NCBI GenBank assembly: GCA_001695645.1
Contig: LVZN01000002.1
Location: forward strand, 1 to 32,000
DNA from: Erysipelotrichaceae bacterium MTC7
Lineage (GTDB): Bacteria; Bacillota_I; Bacilli_A; Erysipelotrichales; Erysipelotrichaceae
Direction of reading: 5' to 3'
Length of the DNA: 32,000 nucleotides
Part shown: positions 1-7,655 of the stretch, in pieces
Layout: every line of letters begins with the position of its first letter
Position numbering within the stretch: position 1 is the stretch's first letter
The notes under the pieces: generated by a model
What the model saw: the letters and a program-made list of their open reading frames with translations, nothing else
Databases searched by the model: none
Told to the model about the DNA's origin: nothing
Made by a program: the position numbers and the translations under genes

Positions 1-162
1 GCAAAAGAAAAGATAAAGAAACTTCGTGTTGCTGCCTATTGCCGTGTTTCTACAGAAACAGAAGAACAAAATTCTAGTTATGAGGTTCAGGTCGCACACT
101 ATACAGAGTTTATAAAGAAAAATAATGAATGGGAGTTTGCCGGCATCTTTGCAGAAAGGTAA
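1..162 (+). pseudogene. N-terminal fragment of a large serine recombinase (5' end off-window, premature stop)
   Basis: Frame 1 reads AKEKIKKLRVAAYCRVSTETEEQNSSYEVQVAHYTEFIKKNNEWEFAGIFAER then TAA at 160-162. The YCRVST catalytic-Ser motif is typical of resolvase/invertase N-domains. It stops where homologs continue with DEGxSG. Confidence 0.55.
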
Positions 163-285
163 ACCCAAGAATTGATACAAAGAAATGCTGTTGTCAGAGC
201 GGCAGAATGGCTTGAAATCAAGGGCTTTCAGAGATTAGGAACTCTCCGGCAACTCATTCTTTACGCCCGATTGTTGCCGACATCA

Positions 286-390
286 TGACAACAGCGCAGA
301 TGATTTTGACAACAGCAACGGAGAAAATGACAACACCTCAAGCAATGGTGACAACAGCAGAGAGAAATGTGACAACACCCGCTGATAACA
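286..390 (+). repeat. Five direct TGACAACA motifs at exact 21-bp phasing, plus a sixth variant
   Basis: TGACAACA starts at 286, 307, 328, 349 and 370. Variant TGATAACA is at 383. Inverted copies TGTTGTCA are at 189-196 and 559-566, and another direct copy is at 525-532. Confidence 0.75.
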
Positions 391-523
391 GCAAAATCAG
401 TTATAAACACGAGACTTTCTACATTTTGTTTAAATTTGCGAATTCTGTTAAAGCCCCAAAAGCCCAAATCAGAAAAAAACGGGGAAAAGCAAAACATTAT
501 TTAAAGTCGCCGAGGGTGACATA

Positions 524-552
524 TTGACAACATAGACGACATGTGCTATAAT
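524..552 (+). promoter_or_regulatory. Consensus sigma-A-type promoter with flanking operator-like motifs
   Basis: TTGACA (524-529), 17-nt spacer, TATAAT (547-552). The -35 overlaps TGACAACA at 525-532, and inverted TGTTGTCA lies at 559-566. It sits about 100 nt upstream of the XRE gene at 656. Confidence 0.6.
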
Positions 553-655
553 AAATTTGTTGTCATTCAAGATAAAATTTGCGGTCTTTTGCTGAACGAT
601 AATTAAACAAACTTAAGTAAAAGGAGCAAATTATTCTTTAGAAAGGGGATTAGAA

Positions 656-928
656 GTGGAGTTTAACAATAGTAAGAGAATGGAACTGATCAATACAATG
701 GTAACAGAGTTGCCTGTGCTGCGTGCAAGGATAGGAGCTTCCCAAGCTGATATCTCTGAAAAGATAGGCATTTCAAGGCAAACTTATAATGCAATTGAAA
801 ATGGTAAGAAAAAATTGAATTGGACTGTTTTTTTAGCATTGTTTGCAGTTTTTAGTAGTGATGAACGAACTCTGAAAATGTTGGATTCCATGGAAGTTTT
901 TCAGGAGGGCGTTGCAAAGGAAATGTGA
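656..928 (+). CDS. XRE/Cro-C1-type helix-turn-helix regulator
   Basis: GTG start preceded by AAAGGGGA. The HTH_3-like segment is ASQADISEKIGISRQTYNAIENGKK. Confidence 0.7.
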   Translation: MEFNNSKRMELINTMVTELPVLRARIGASQADISEKIGISRQTYNAIENGKKKLNWTVFLALFAVFSSDERTLKMLDSMEVFQEGVAKEM

Positions 929-974
929 TTGCCTTTTGCAACGAATCTTAGCGTGATTTTTTATTGGAGGTCAT

Positions 975-1181
975 ATGTTGAATATGGTTAAGAATGCTTC
1001 TGTTCAAGCCACGGATATATATAAGGATCCATATGGATACACATATTCTGAAATGGTTGGTGTATTGGGAGAAGTTGAGGCGGATAAGTTTTATCGCGAA
1101 TTATACTCCGGTTCCCAAACTATTTTTTACAAGGGCATAATGCCAAGTGAAAAAGGTTTTAGATTTTCCAGTGGATTGTAA
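975..1181 (+). CDS. Hypothetical 68-aa ORF, possibly the orphaned N-terminal piece of an RlmN/Cfr-family gene cut by the ICE
   Basis: Low-GC ORF whose 3' end runs into the GC-rich ICE and overlaps the recombinase stop at 1159. YGYTYSEMVGVLGEVEADKFYRELYSGSQTIFYKGI loosely resembles the RlmN/Cfr N-terminal helical domain (YR...IF.K..I pattern). Confidence 0.3.
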   Translation: MLNMVKNASVQATDIYKDPYGYTYSEMVGVLGEVEADKFYRELYSGSQTIFYKGIMPSEKGFRFSSGL

Positions 1182-2640
1182 CGCTCTCACTGGTCGCGTC
1201 AATGTGGGATATGAGAATATCCACCACCTTGCGCTTATCGTCAAAACTCACGGACTCCCAATCGTTGAGGTAATTCGTGATACAGTCAATTTGCGTGTCC
1301 GAAACGGAATTAGCGGTAAGGTCTGCTACCAGCTTTAACTGCTTTTGTCGTTCTGTGTCCAGCTCCTCGATCCGGTTATTTGCGTATTGCAGGAGCAGCG
1401 GATTGGCCCCGGACAAAGTGTCCAGAAGTTTCTCGATCTCGCTTTCCGTCTTTGCCAGGGCAACACGGGCGGCGGTCAGCTTTGGATTATAGCCCTGTTC
1501 CTTGCCGCCTTTCAGCGTGTGATACTTCCGCATTTTCTCCACCATCTCGCCATACACAAAGGACTCCATGCTTTGCGCCGTCAGCGTACCGGCCCCCTCG
1601 CAGCTCCCGTTATCCGCCCGCTGCTTGCACCGCAGGTAGGTAACACCGTTTTGAGCTCGCAGGGCAGTCAAAGCATAACCGCAGCGCCCACACTTGATTT
1701 TCCCGGCCAGCCAGGTATTATGGCATTTGCGGCCATTCTGGAAAGACGTGTTCTGTGACAGCTTGCGCTGGACGGTCAGCCAGAGCTGGGAAGTAATGCG
1801 GCCCTGGTGCGGGGCGATCACAAGGATCTGTTCCTCGCCCTCGCGCCCTTGGTAGAGATAGCAGCTATTGTCCCCTGTGAACATTTCCGGGGTGCTTTCG
1901 ATTTTCACGCCCTGGGCCTTGAAGTATTCGTAGATGTCCATATCTGCCTGGACATAGACGGGGTTTCTCAGCAGTTTGGAGATAAAGGCCCGCTGGAGCG
2001 CCTTGTCATAGACCTTAATGGAGTGTTTGACAAAGTACCGGGTTATATCGCCGTAGGAATTGCCCGGCTCCGCGTACATTTGAAACATCAGCTCGGCAAA
2101 ATCCATTTCCGCGTTTTCCACCAGCTTCTTTGTCTTGATCCCGTCCATAACGATGGGCTCGGTATCAAAGCCGTATGGCGTTCGGCCCCGCATATAGTAG
2201 CCTTTGGTACACCGGGAATAAAAAGCGTCCTGCACACGCATTTGGATGCTTTCCCGTTCCAGTTGGGCAAATACGATACAGATATTGAGCATCGCCCTGC
2301 CCATCGGGGTAGAGGTATCAAATTTTTCCGTACAGGACACAAACTCCACATTGTACTGCTTGAACAGCTCCATGAGCTTTGCAAAGTCCACGATGGAGCG
2401 GCTGATCCGATCCAGCTTGTAGACGATCACCCGCTTGATGAGCCCCAGCTTGATGTCCTGCAAAAGCCTCTGGAAGTCCGGGCGCTCAATGTTCTTGCCG
2501 GAGTAACCTTTATCCTTGTACTCCCGGCCCTCACCGCCTTTCAATTCGTAACGGCAAAATTCAAACTGACTTTCAATGCTGATACTGTCCTTTTTGTCAA
2601 TCGACTGCCGCCCATAAATCGCGTCAATTCTGTTATCCAT
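1159..2640 (-). CDS. Large serine recombinase (ICE integrase/excisionase)
   Basis: 493 aa. N-terminal resolvase domain with YGRQSID catalytic Ser, a recombinase domain, a Cys-rich zinc ribbon (CGRCGYAL...CKQRADNGSC) and a C-terminal coiled coil. Confidence 0.93.
   Translation of the reverse strand: MDNRIDAIYGRQSIDKKDSISIESQFEFCRYELKGGEGREYKDKGYSGKNIERPDFQRLLQDIKLGLIKRVIVYKLDRISRSIVDFAKLMELFKQYNVEFVSCTEKFDTSTPMGRAMLNICIVFAQLERESIQMRVQDAFYSRCTKGYYMRGRTPYGFDTEPIVMDGIKTKKLVENAEMDFAELMFQMYAEPGNSYGDITRYFVKHSIKVYDKALQRAFISKLLRNPVYVQADMDIYEYFKAQGVKIESTPEMFTGDNSCYLYQGREGEEQILVIAPHQGRITSQLWLTVQRKLSQNTSFQNGRKCHNTWLAGKIKCGRCGYALTALRAQNGVTYLRCKQRADNGSCEGAGTLTAQSMESFVYGEMVEKMRKYHTLKGGKEQGYNPKLTAARVALAKTESEIEKLLDTLSGANPLLLQYANNRIEELDTERQKQLKLVADLTANSVSDTQIDCITNYLNDWESVSFDDKRKVVDILISHIDATSESVTIHWKI
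1411..1428 (+). repeat. Degenerate copy of the ICE palindrome inside the recombinase CDS
   Basis: CCCCGGACAAAGTGTCCAGAAG: the right arm and centre are intact, but the left arm lacks TCT. It is read on the minus strand as LLDTLSG. Confidence 0.5.
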
Positions 2641-2724
2641 AATTAGCTCCCTTTCTATCAGTGGGAGCCAACCTACAACTATATTATACCTCTGATGCCC
2701 CCATACAACAAGGATGACTCCGGC

Positions 2725-2901
2725 CTACCCCCGCCGCCCGGCATACTTTACAAACACATCAAACAGCCGCCGCTCGATCTCACGGTCACGTTTGTCCCGC
2801 TCCTGCGGCGGGTAAATGGGGGTAACATTCTTGACGGTGATCGTCCGATCACCAAGAACGGCAGTTTTGAACTCGCTTTCGTATTTGACCTGTGCCTGCA
2901 T
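2725..2901 (-). CDS. Small hypothetical protein (58 aa) upstream of the recombinase
   Basis: ATG at 2901 is preceded by GAGGGAGG. The longer ORF-track version (to 3024) only extends through palindrome copy R1. Confidence 0.5.
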   Translation of the reverse strand: MQAQVKYESEFKTAVLGDRTITVKNVTPIYPPQERDKRDREIERRLFDVFVKYAGRRG

Positions 2902-2981
2902 AAAATACCTCCCTCTGAAAACAGTATGGATAAAGGAAACGGCCAGCACCCACATAGGGCGCTGGCCGCTTGACGGTATGG

Positions 2982-3004
2982 CCTCTGGACACTTTGTCCA
3001 GAAG
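2982..3004 (-). repeat. ICE palindrome copy R1
   Basis: CCTCTGGACACTTTGTCCAGAAG, centre CTT on the plus strand. It starts immediately after the stop codon at 3005. Confidence 0.9.
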
Positions 3005-3205
3005 TCAATAGGGGCTCCGCTCATAGTAGGCGCGGGCCTCCTCCAGTGTGGTATAGTCGAAAATCTCGTGGAGCTCCATCATCACTTGCTGAATGTCGGC
3101 GGGCTTGAAACCGCACCGTTCCATCGCGGAGATCACATAGCCCCGGCAGGCCCCCTCGCTCCACGGCTGAGAGAGCAGGGCCGCCAATTCTGGATCGTAG
3201 TTCAT
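3005..3205 (-). CDS. Small hypothetical protein (66 aa)
   Basis: ATG at 3205 (MNYDPELAALL...) is preceded by AAAGGGGAA. Confidence 0.5.
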   Translation of the reverse strand: MNYDPELAALLSQPWSEGACRGYVISAMERCGFKPADIQQVMMELHEIFDYTTLEEARAYYERSPY

Positions 3206-3441
3206 AGAGCGTTCCCCTTTTTCATAAAGATATAGGGGAGCGCCGCGCTCATTTTCTTGCCCCGTCATAAGACAGCATCCTCGGCGGCGGCGCTCCCCCG
3301 CAGAGAGGGGCGGCGGCTCGGAGAGCCGGACATTGATCCGGCCCCGCGCTATGGCTGTTGGCCCCCGCGTCCTCTTTGCGGAGAGGGAGAAATCCTCCTC
3401 TCATATACCTCCAGAAAAAAGGGCGAAAAGGAGATAGCAGA

Positions 3442-3864
3442 TCAGAAATTTTTTCTCAAATATTTTTTCATGTGCGTAATGCCGCTTTTCACAGAGCGGC
3501 GGACAGCGCACTTGTCCACGCCCTCCTCGCGGGCGATCTGGCGGTAGGTCTTGCCGAGGATCAGATAAGCGTCCACCCGGCGGCCCTGGACTTCCGGCAG
3601 GGAGTTAAGGGCGTTCCACAACAGATAGAACATCTCCTTGCGATCCAGGAGCTCCTGGGGGCTGGGCTCGTGAACACAGGCGGAGTATTCGATCCCGTCA
3701 TCACAGTCCAGGGAATAATAAGCCCTGTTGTAGCGCACCCGCTCCGCATGGGCGGCCTCGGCCCGCTTGCTGGCCATGAGCGCCTCGGCCACTTCATCGG
3801 TGACTTCGATATACTCATTGGTTAAGTACCAAGGGTAATAGTCTTTCAGATTGATAGTAGTCAT
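3442..3864 (-). CDS. Sigma-70 region-4-like HTH regulator of conjugative transposons
   Basis: 140 aa. The C-terminal LILGKTYRQIAREEGVDKCAVRRSVKSGITHMKKYL resembles the sigma region 4 HTH, and the position next to the recombinase module matches Tn916/Tn1549-type elements. Confidence 0.75.
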   Translation of the reverse strand: MTTINLKDYYPWYLTNEYIEVTDEVAEALMASKRAEAAHAERVRYNRAYYSLDCDDGIEYSACVHEPSPQELLDRKEMFYLLWNALNSLPEVQGRRVDAYLILGKTYRQIAREEGVDKCAVRRSVKSGITHMKKYLRKNF

Positions 3865-3945
3865 TATATTTTCCTCCGTTCAGATTTTTGTGGGTGGGAG
3901 ATCCAAACGGAGGCTGGCGGAGATCGACAGCCGGGGCCGCCAGCT

Positions 3946-3964
3946 TTGGGACAGCTTGTCCCAA
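3946..3964. repeat. Variant palindrome with the same 8-3-8 architecture
   Basis: TTGGGACA-GCT-TGTCCCAA, about 80-100 nt upstream of the sigma-like gene start. It shares the GGACA/TGTCC core with the 14-copy family. Confidence 0.6.
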
Positions 3965-4214
3965 GGTGAGGATATATAAAAGCGCCCGTACAGCATGACG
4001 CTATACGGACGCACGAAAATATATTTCTTTTTACATACTTAAATATTTCATGTTCGTAGCCAAACTGCCCCGGTGGGGGAACTACGCTTTTTTTAGCTGG
4101 TGAAGATCATGGGTAGTGTGAAAAAGCAAAATGAACACGACGATCCCCCCATGGAAACCGCCGTGTTCCTCCTAAAGTCATCGTATAAGGCGGTAGCTTT
4201 GATTGATACCCGCC

Positions 4215-4266
4215 AAAAAACAAAAGAGCCGATAACTCGCACCCAAGGGCTACGGATTATCGGCTC
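4215..4266 (-). terminator. Rho-independent terminator of the cfr-like gene
   Basis: The minus strand reads GAGCCGATAA...TTATCGGCTC (10-bp stem) followed by TTTTGTTTTTT. The stem includes the last codons and the TAA stop. Confidence 0.6.
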
Positions 4267-5507
4267 TGCGTCTGTGCGTCTGGCTCTTTGATAATAGATA
4301 TATGAAATTGTTTGACACAGATAAGCATTTCACTTTTGCATTTGGGACAAAAGAGTGGGAAATTGTCAAGTATCGTGTCCTTTCGGATTTTAAGTCGTGT
4401 TTTGCTCTTGCACACAGGACACAAGAGCCATTCAAAAGACTGTTCTTGTATAGCGGACATTGTTCTCTCTCCTTGTTTTTGATCGTCACGGTAGGCCCCC
4501 GCCAACTGGCCACAAGCAGCGTTAATATCGGAGCCAAATTGCGTTCGGATATTGACGCTAATTCCTGCATTATGAATGATACGGCAAAAGGCCTTTATTC
4601 GTGTGTGGCTTGAGGGCACCATAGTTTCCGTAACTGTCGTTTGATTGTATGGGATTAAATCTAAATGGTATAGTGGCAAATACTTTTTGTGTTTGAATAA
4701 CAACTTGGTAAGTTGCTCTGCGTGTCTGTCGCTGTCATTGACATCCTTTAGCATGATGTATGCCAAAAACACCTTGCGATTTGTTTGCCGAATGTGCTGA
4801 TCTAATGTATCCAGTACCTGACCAAGGGGGTATGTTTTAGTTATTGGCATGAGCGTTTCCCTCAGACGGTCAGTAGGTGCGTGGAGGGAATAGGCCAGAT
4901 TGACTTGCGGATATTCTCTTGTCAATTTTTGAATACCCGGCACGATACCGATAGTCGAAATGGTGATGCGTCGCTGGGACAGCCCGAACAGTTCCGGGGC
5001 GGTCAGATCATGCAGGGCTTCAAAAACTTGTGGATTAGCGAACGGCTCTCCCATTCCCATAAAAGAGATACTGTTGATACTGCATCCTTGTTGCATAAAA
5101 TATAGGATTTGGTCGGTAATTTCATCCACAGTCAAGTTTCTGCGTAATCCCAAAGTCCCTGTTGCGCAAAACTTACAACCGAAGCCGCAACCGCTTTGAG
5201 ATGAAATGCAAAAGGAGTTCCAGCCCTCTTTATAAAACAGACCCACCGTTTCCACACGGTTTCCGTCCGACAGTTCAAACAGCACCTTGTCAGTTTGCAT
5301 TGATTTCTCATGATGGATCGCCTTGATCTCCACAACAGTTTCACCAAACTGCTCCACCAACTTTTCGCGCAGCGTTTTTGGAAGCAACTTCATATCTTCA
5401 AAACGCATAATTCCTTGTAGGAACACAGCATCAAGCAGTTGCTTATAACGATACTCAGGTAAGCGCATATCCGCTATGAGCTGTTTCATTTTTTTATACT
5501 TGGACAT
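4257..5507 (-). CDS. cfr: Cfr-family radical-SAM 23S rRNA methyltransferase fused in frame to a Cys-rich KTR domain
   Basis: 416 aa. The first 349 aa align along their length with my recollection of Cfr (GCGFGCKFCATG radical-SAM cluster, SFMGMGEP, DINAACGQL). The last 67 aa are MSAIQEQSFEWLLCPVCKSKTRL...CPKCKSE...EPDAQTQSR, and this part keeps its own AAGGAGAG SD and ATG at 4458-4460. RBS AGGAGAAAA lies before 5507. The variant (cfr(C)-like?) cannot be assigned without alignment. Confidence 0.9.
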   Translation of the reverse strand: MSKYKKMKQLIADMRLPEYRYKQLLDAVFLQGIMRFEDMKLLPKTLREKLVEQFGETVVEIKAIHHEKSMQTDKVLFELSDGNRVETVGLFYKEGWNSFCISSQSGCGFGCKFCATGTLGLRRNLTVDEITDQILYFMQQGCSINSISFMGMGEPFANPQVFEALHDLTAPELFGLSQRRITISTIGIVPGIQKLTREYPQVNLAYSLHAPTDRLRETLMPITKTYPLGQVLDTLDQHIRQTNRKVFLAYIMLKDVNDSDRHAEQLTKLLFKHKKYLPLYHLDLIPYNQTTVTETMVPSSHTRIKAFCRIIHNAGISVNIRTQFGSDINAACGQLAGAYRDDQKQGERTMSAIQEQSFEWLLCPVCKSKTRLKIRKDTILDNFPLFCPKCKSEMLICVKQFHISIIKEPDAQTQSR

Positions 5508-5529
5508 AATTATATTTTCTCCTGCTTAT

Positions 5530-6006
5530 TTAATCGCAATCTTTCCTGTCTTGGTTCACCTCGTCCATAATGCGATAAAGTTTCTCGATCAAGCGACAAT
5601 TATATTTTTCATTCAAACGAATATAAAGCTCTCTTTCTTCCGGTGATAATTCCGCAAGAGCGTCAAGCTCTGCCATGCGCAATATGCCAACCGTCTTTTC
5701 GGCAAAATCTCTACCAAACTCTGTGAACGCTATATTTTTCTTATTCCTTGTTCCGGGGATGGGCGAAAGAAACGCCACCCCTTTCTTTTGCAGGGCAGCT
5801 ACGGCGGTGTTGATAGTTTGCTTGGGAATAGACCACTCGCTGCACAGGTCATACTGAGAGCACGGCGCCTCTGCGTCCAGCAGCGTATACAGTACCCCAA
5901 GTGAGCTATCAGAGATACCAATAGAAAAAGCAACTTTGTGATAAAGAGCTTCACTTTTATTGGACATTTTATTGAGTTGAGATAGCTGTTCTTTTATCTC
6001 TGTCAT
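5530..6006 (-). CDS. MarR-family transcriptional regulator
   Basis: ATG at 6004-6006 (MTEIKEQ...) is preceded by GGAGGG. The winged-HTH region is SQYDLCSEWSIPKQTINTAVAALQKKG. Its stop is 22 nt before the cfr start, so the two are probably co-transcribed. Confidence 0.85.
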   Translation of the reverse strand: MTEIKEQLSQLNKMSNKSEALYHKVAFSIGISDSSLGVLYTLLDAEAPCSQYDLCSEWSIPKQTINTAVAALQKKGVAFLSPIPGTRNKKNIAFTEFGRDFAEKTVGILRMAELDALAELSPEERELYIRLNEKYNCRLIEKLYRIMDEVNQDRKDCD

Positions 6007-6018
6007 CTTAATCCCTCC

Positions 6019-6071
6019 AAACATCCGTACTCGGACACTTATATTGTAGTCCGAATACGGATGTTTGTCAA
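6019..6071 (-). promoter_or_regulatory. marR-cfr promoter with an overlapping 18-bp inverted-repeat operator
   Basis: Minus strand: TTGACA (6066-6071), 17 nt, TACAAT (6043-6048). The arms AAACATCCGTACTCGGAC (6019-6036) and GTCCGAATACGGATGTTT (6049-6066) are complementary at 17 of 18 positions. Confidence 0.55.
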
Positions 6072-6095
6072 GAGGACGACGTAAATCAAATCTTT

Positions 6096-7475
6096 TGCCC
6101 GCGAAATTCCTCACAAACATCAAATAAAAGTGCCCGCCAAAATCACTTGACGAGCACCAAGGATGCTATCTTTGTGTTAGCAAATACAAGGAGCATCCAA
6201 AATGAGGATAACACAAATGGCAAAAAAAGAAATAACAAAAAGCAAAGCAAAAGAATACCGAAGTGCTAAAAAGAAACGCAAAGGCGAAATCCTTGATGCA
6301 GTTTGCGAAACGACTGGGTGGAGTAGAGATAACTGTAGGCGTCAGTTAAAACGAGCATCTAGAAGATCTGTAAAAACATCGACCAAAAGGAATCGTACGA
6401 AACCTTTGAAATATTCGTTTGAAGCGAGACTCATTCTCTTTAATCTCTGGTGCATTTCAGGTCAATGTTGCGGCCAATACATGGTTTATCAGATCGAGGA
6501 TGGACTCATTGAACGCGTCATTGCGCATAAGGAGTTACATCGCTTCAAAGGCAACAAAGGCCCTTATATCGAAGCAGGAGACCCCATAGTAGCAGAACTT
6601 AAGTCCATGTCTTCGGCGACAATAGACCGCTATCTGGCTGCGTATAAGAAGGAACTTATGCCGCTTTCAAAAACAACAACAAAACCCGCTTCCTATCCCT
6701 TACGAAATGAAATTCCATTTGGTAAATCATATACAGAGCACCAGGAACCTGGCTGGCTCTCTACAGATACGGTTGCCCACTGCGGAGCCAATCTTAGAGG
6801 GGATCATATTTGGACCTTAAACAGTACCGATACGGTTACTGGATGGACAGAAACACTCTCCATTAAGAGTCGAGCTTCCATCTTCGTTAAAGAAGGACAT
6901 GAAGAAATATTACCTCGTTTTCCGTTTCCTGTTTTAGGGATAAATTACGATGGTGGAAGTGAATTTATTAATCGAGAAATGATTGATTACGCAAAATTAC
7001 AGGACTACCAAATGACCAGGTCTCGTCCTTACCATTCCAATGACAATGCTCATATAGAACAAAAAAATGGTGAAATAGTTAGACGATATGCTTTTAGGTA
7101 TCGGTATAACGGAGATACAGCTATGGCTGTTCTTAACGATCTTTGGTACTGGGTGAATATTAGGAAAAATTATTTGTTGCCAACCAGAAAATGTATTGGG
7201 CATACCAAAACAAAGTCTGGCAGAACAAGGGGTATTTACGATAGACCCATGTCACCAGCTAGACGATTGTTAAACTACGATTGTGTATCAGAAGATGATA
7301 AACAAGAAATCTGTCAAATGCTCTGTGATTTAAATGATGCTGAGGTCACCAGACAGATTCTTGATCTCCAATCTAAACTAATTGGACTTGCTTCGGCTCG
7401 TCAATTATTAGATTATGTTAACCATGAGGTTCAGCAGGTGATTTCTGCATGATTCCTTTTAGAATTTCGCGGGCA
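6096..7475 (+). mobile_element. Insertion sequence (about 1380 bp) with 14-bp perfect terminal inverted repeats and TG...CA ends
   Basis: TGCCCGCGAAATTC at 6096-6109 and its exact reverse complement GAATTTCGCGGGCA at 7462-7475 bracket a single DDE transposase ORF. T-runs on both flanks make any target duplication ambiguous. Confidence 0.65.
6202..7452 (+). CDS. DDE (rve/integrase-core) transposase
   Basis: 416 aa. Basic N-terminal HTH-like region, then an integrase core with STDTVAHCG, INYDGGSEFIN and YHSNDNAHIEQKNG (D, D, E context). The IS family was not determined. Confidence 0.85.
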   Translation: MRITQMAKKEITKSKAKEYRSAKKKRKGEILDAVCETTGWSRDNCRRQLKRASRRSVKTSTKRNRTKPLKYSFEARLILFNLWCISGQCCGQYMVYQIEDGLIERVIAHKELHRFKGNKGPYIEAGDPIVAELKSMSSATIDRYLAAYKKELMPLSKTTTKPASYPLRNEIPFGKSYTEHQEPGWLSTDTVAHCGANLRGDHIWTLNSTDTVTGWTETLSIKSRASIFVKEGHEEILPRFPFPVLGINYDGGSEFINREMIDYAKLQDYQMTRSRPYHSNDNAHIEQKNGEIVRRYAFRYRYNGDTAMAVLNDLWYWVNIRKNYLLPTRKCIGHTKTKSGRTRGIYDRPMSPARRLLNYDCVSEDDKQEICQMLCDLNDAEVTRQILDLQSKLIGLASARQLLDYVNHEVQQVISA

Positions 7476-7655
7476 TTTTTATGTGATGTATCACGGAGGA
7501 ACGACTTAGTATAGTCTTTCAATATTTGTTCGTAGCTGTCTTTCAAAATACATAATTTTATCATTTTGATATGGCGAAACAAAATACTACATAAACATAA
7601 AATTACACTTCGTTCAAATAATATCACCCGAAATGTAAAATAATATAGGGGTGAG

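Noticed and set aside
285-527. 80-aa plus-strand ORF (MTTAQMILTTATEKMTTPQAMVTTAERNVTT...).
   Set aside because: Its periodic MTT/LTT/VTT pattern is only the translation of the 21-bp-phased TGACAACA DNA repeats. It has no convincing SD, and it runs into the promoter of the next gene. I treat it as a repeat artefact.
1807-2646. Long antisense ORFs throughout the GC-rich ICE, for example 1807-2646+, 8060-8701+, 8951-9649+, 10727-11476+, 13187-14026+, 14355-15068+, 15879-16943+, 21475-22200+, 24260-25447+ and 25870-26523+.
   Set aside because: They lie opposite well-supported minus-strand genes with recognisable domains. They have Arg/Pro/Gly/His-rich low-complexity composition typical of shadow frames in GC-rich DNA, and they lack SD sequences.
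3269-3441. Possible 51-aa minus-strand ORF (MRGGFLPLRKEDAGANSH...) between the sigma-like gene and the 3005-3205 gene.
   Set aside because: It has a Pro/Ala/Gly-rich composition, a very short SD spacing and no recognisable features. It may be non-coding leader sequence, so I did not call it.
4057-4097. Plus-strand hairpin CGTAG...CCCCGGTGGGG...CTACG followed by CTTTTTTT.
   Set aside because: It looks like a terminator, but no plus-strand gene precedes it. It is probably a remnant carried in with the cargo segment, so it is not listed as a functional feature.
4100-4613. Plus-strand ORFs 4100-4291 and 4302-4613, and minus-strand ORF 4250-4570, near the cfr 3' end.
   Set aside because: They overlap the Cfr-KTR coding frame or its terminator. 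They have no recognisable motifs or ribosome-binding sites.
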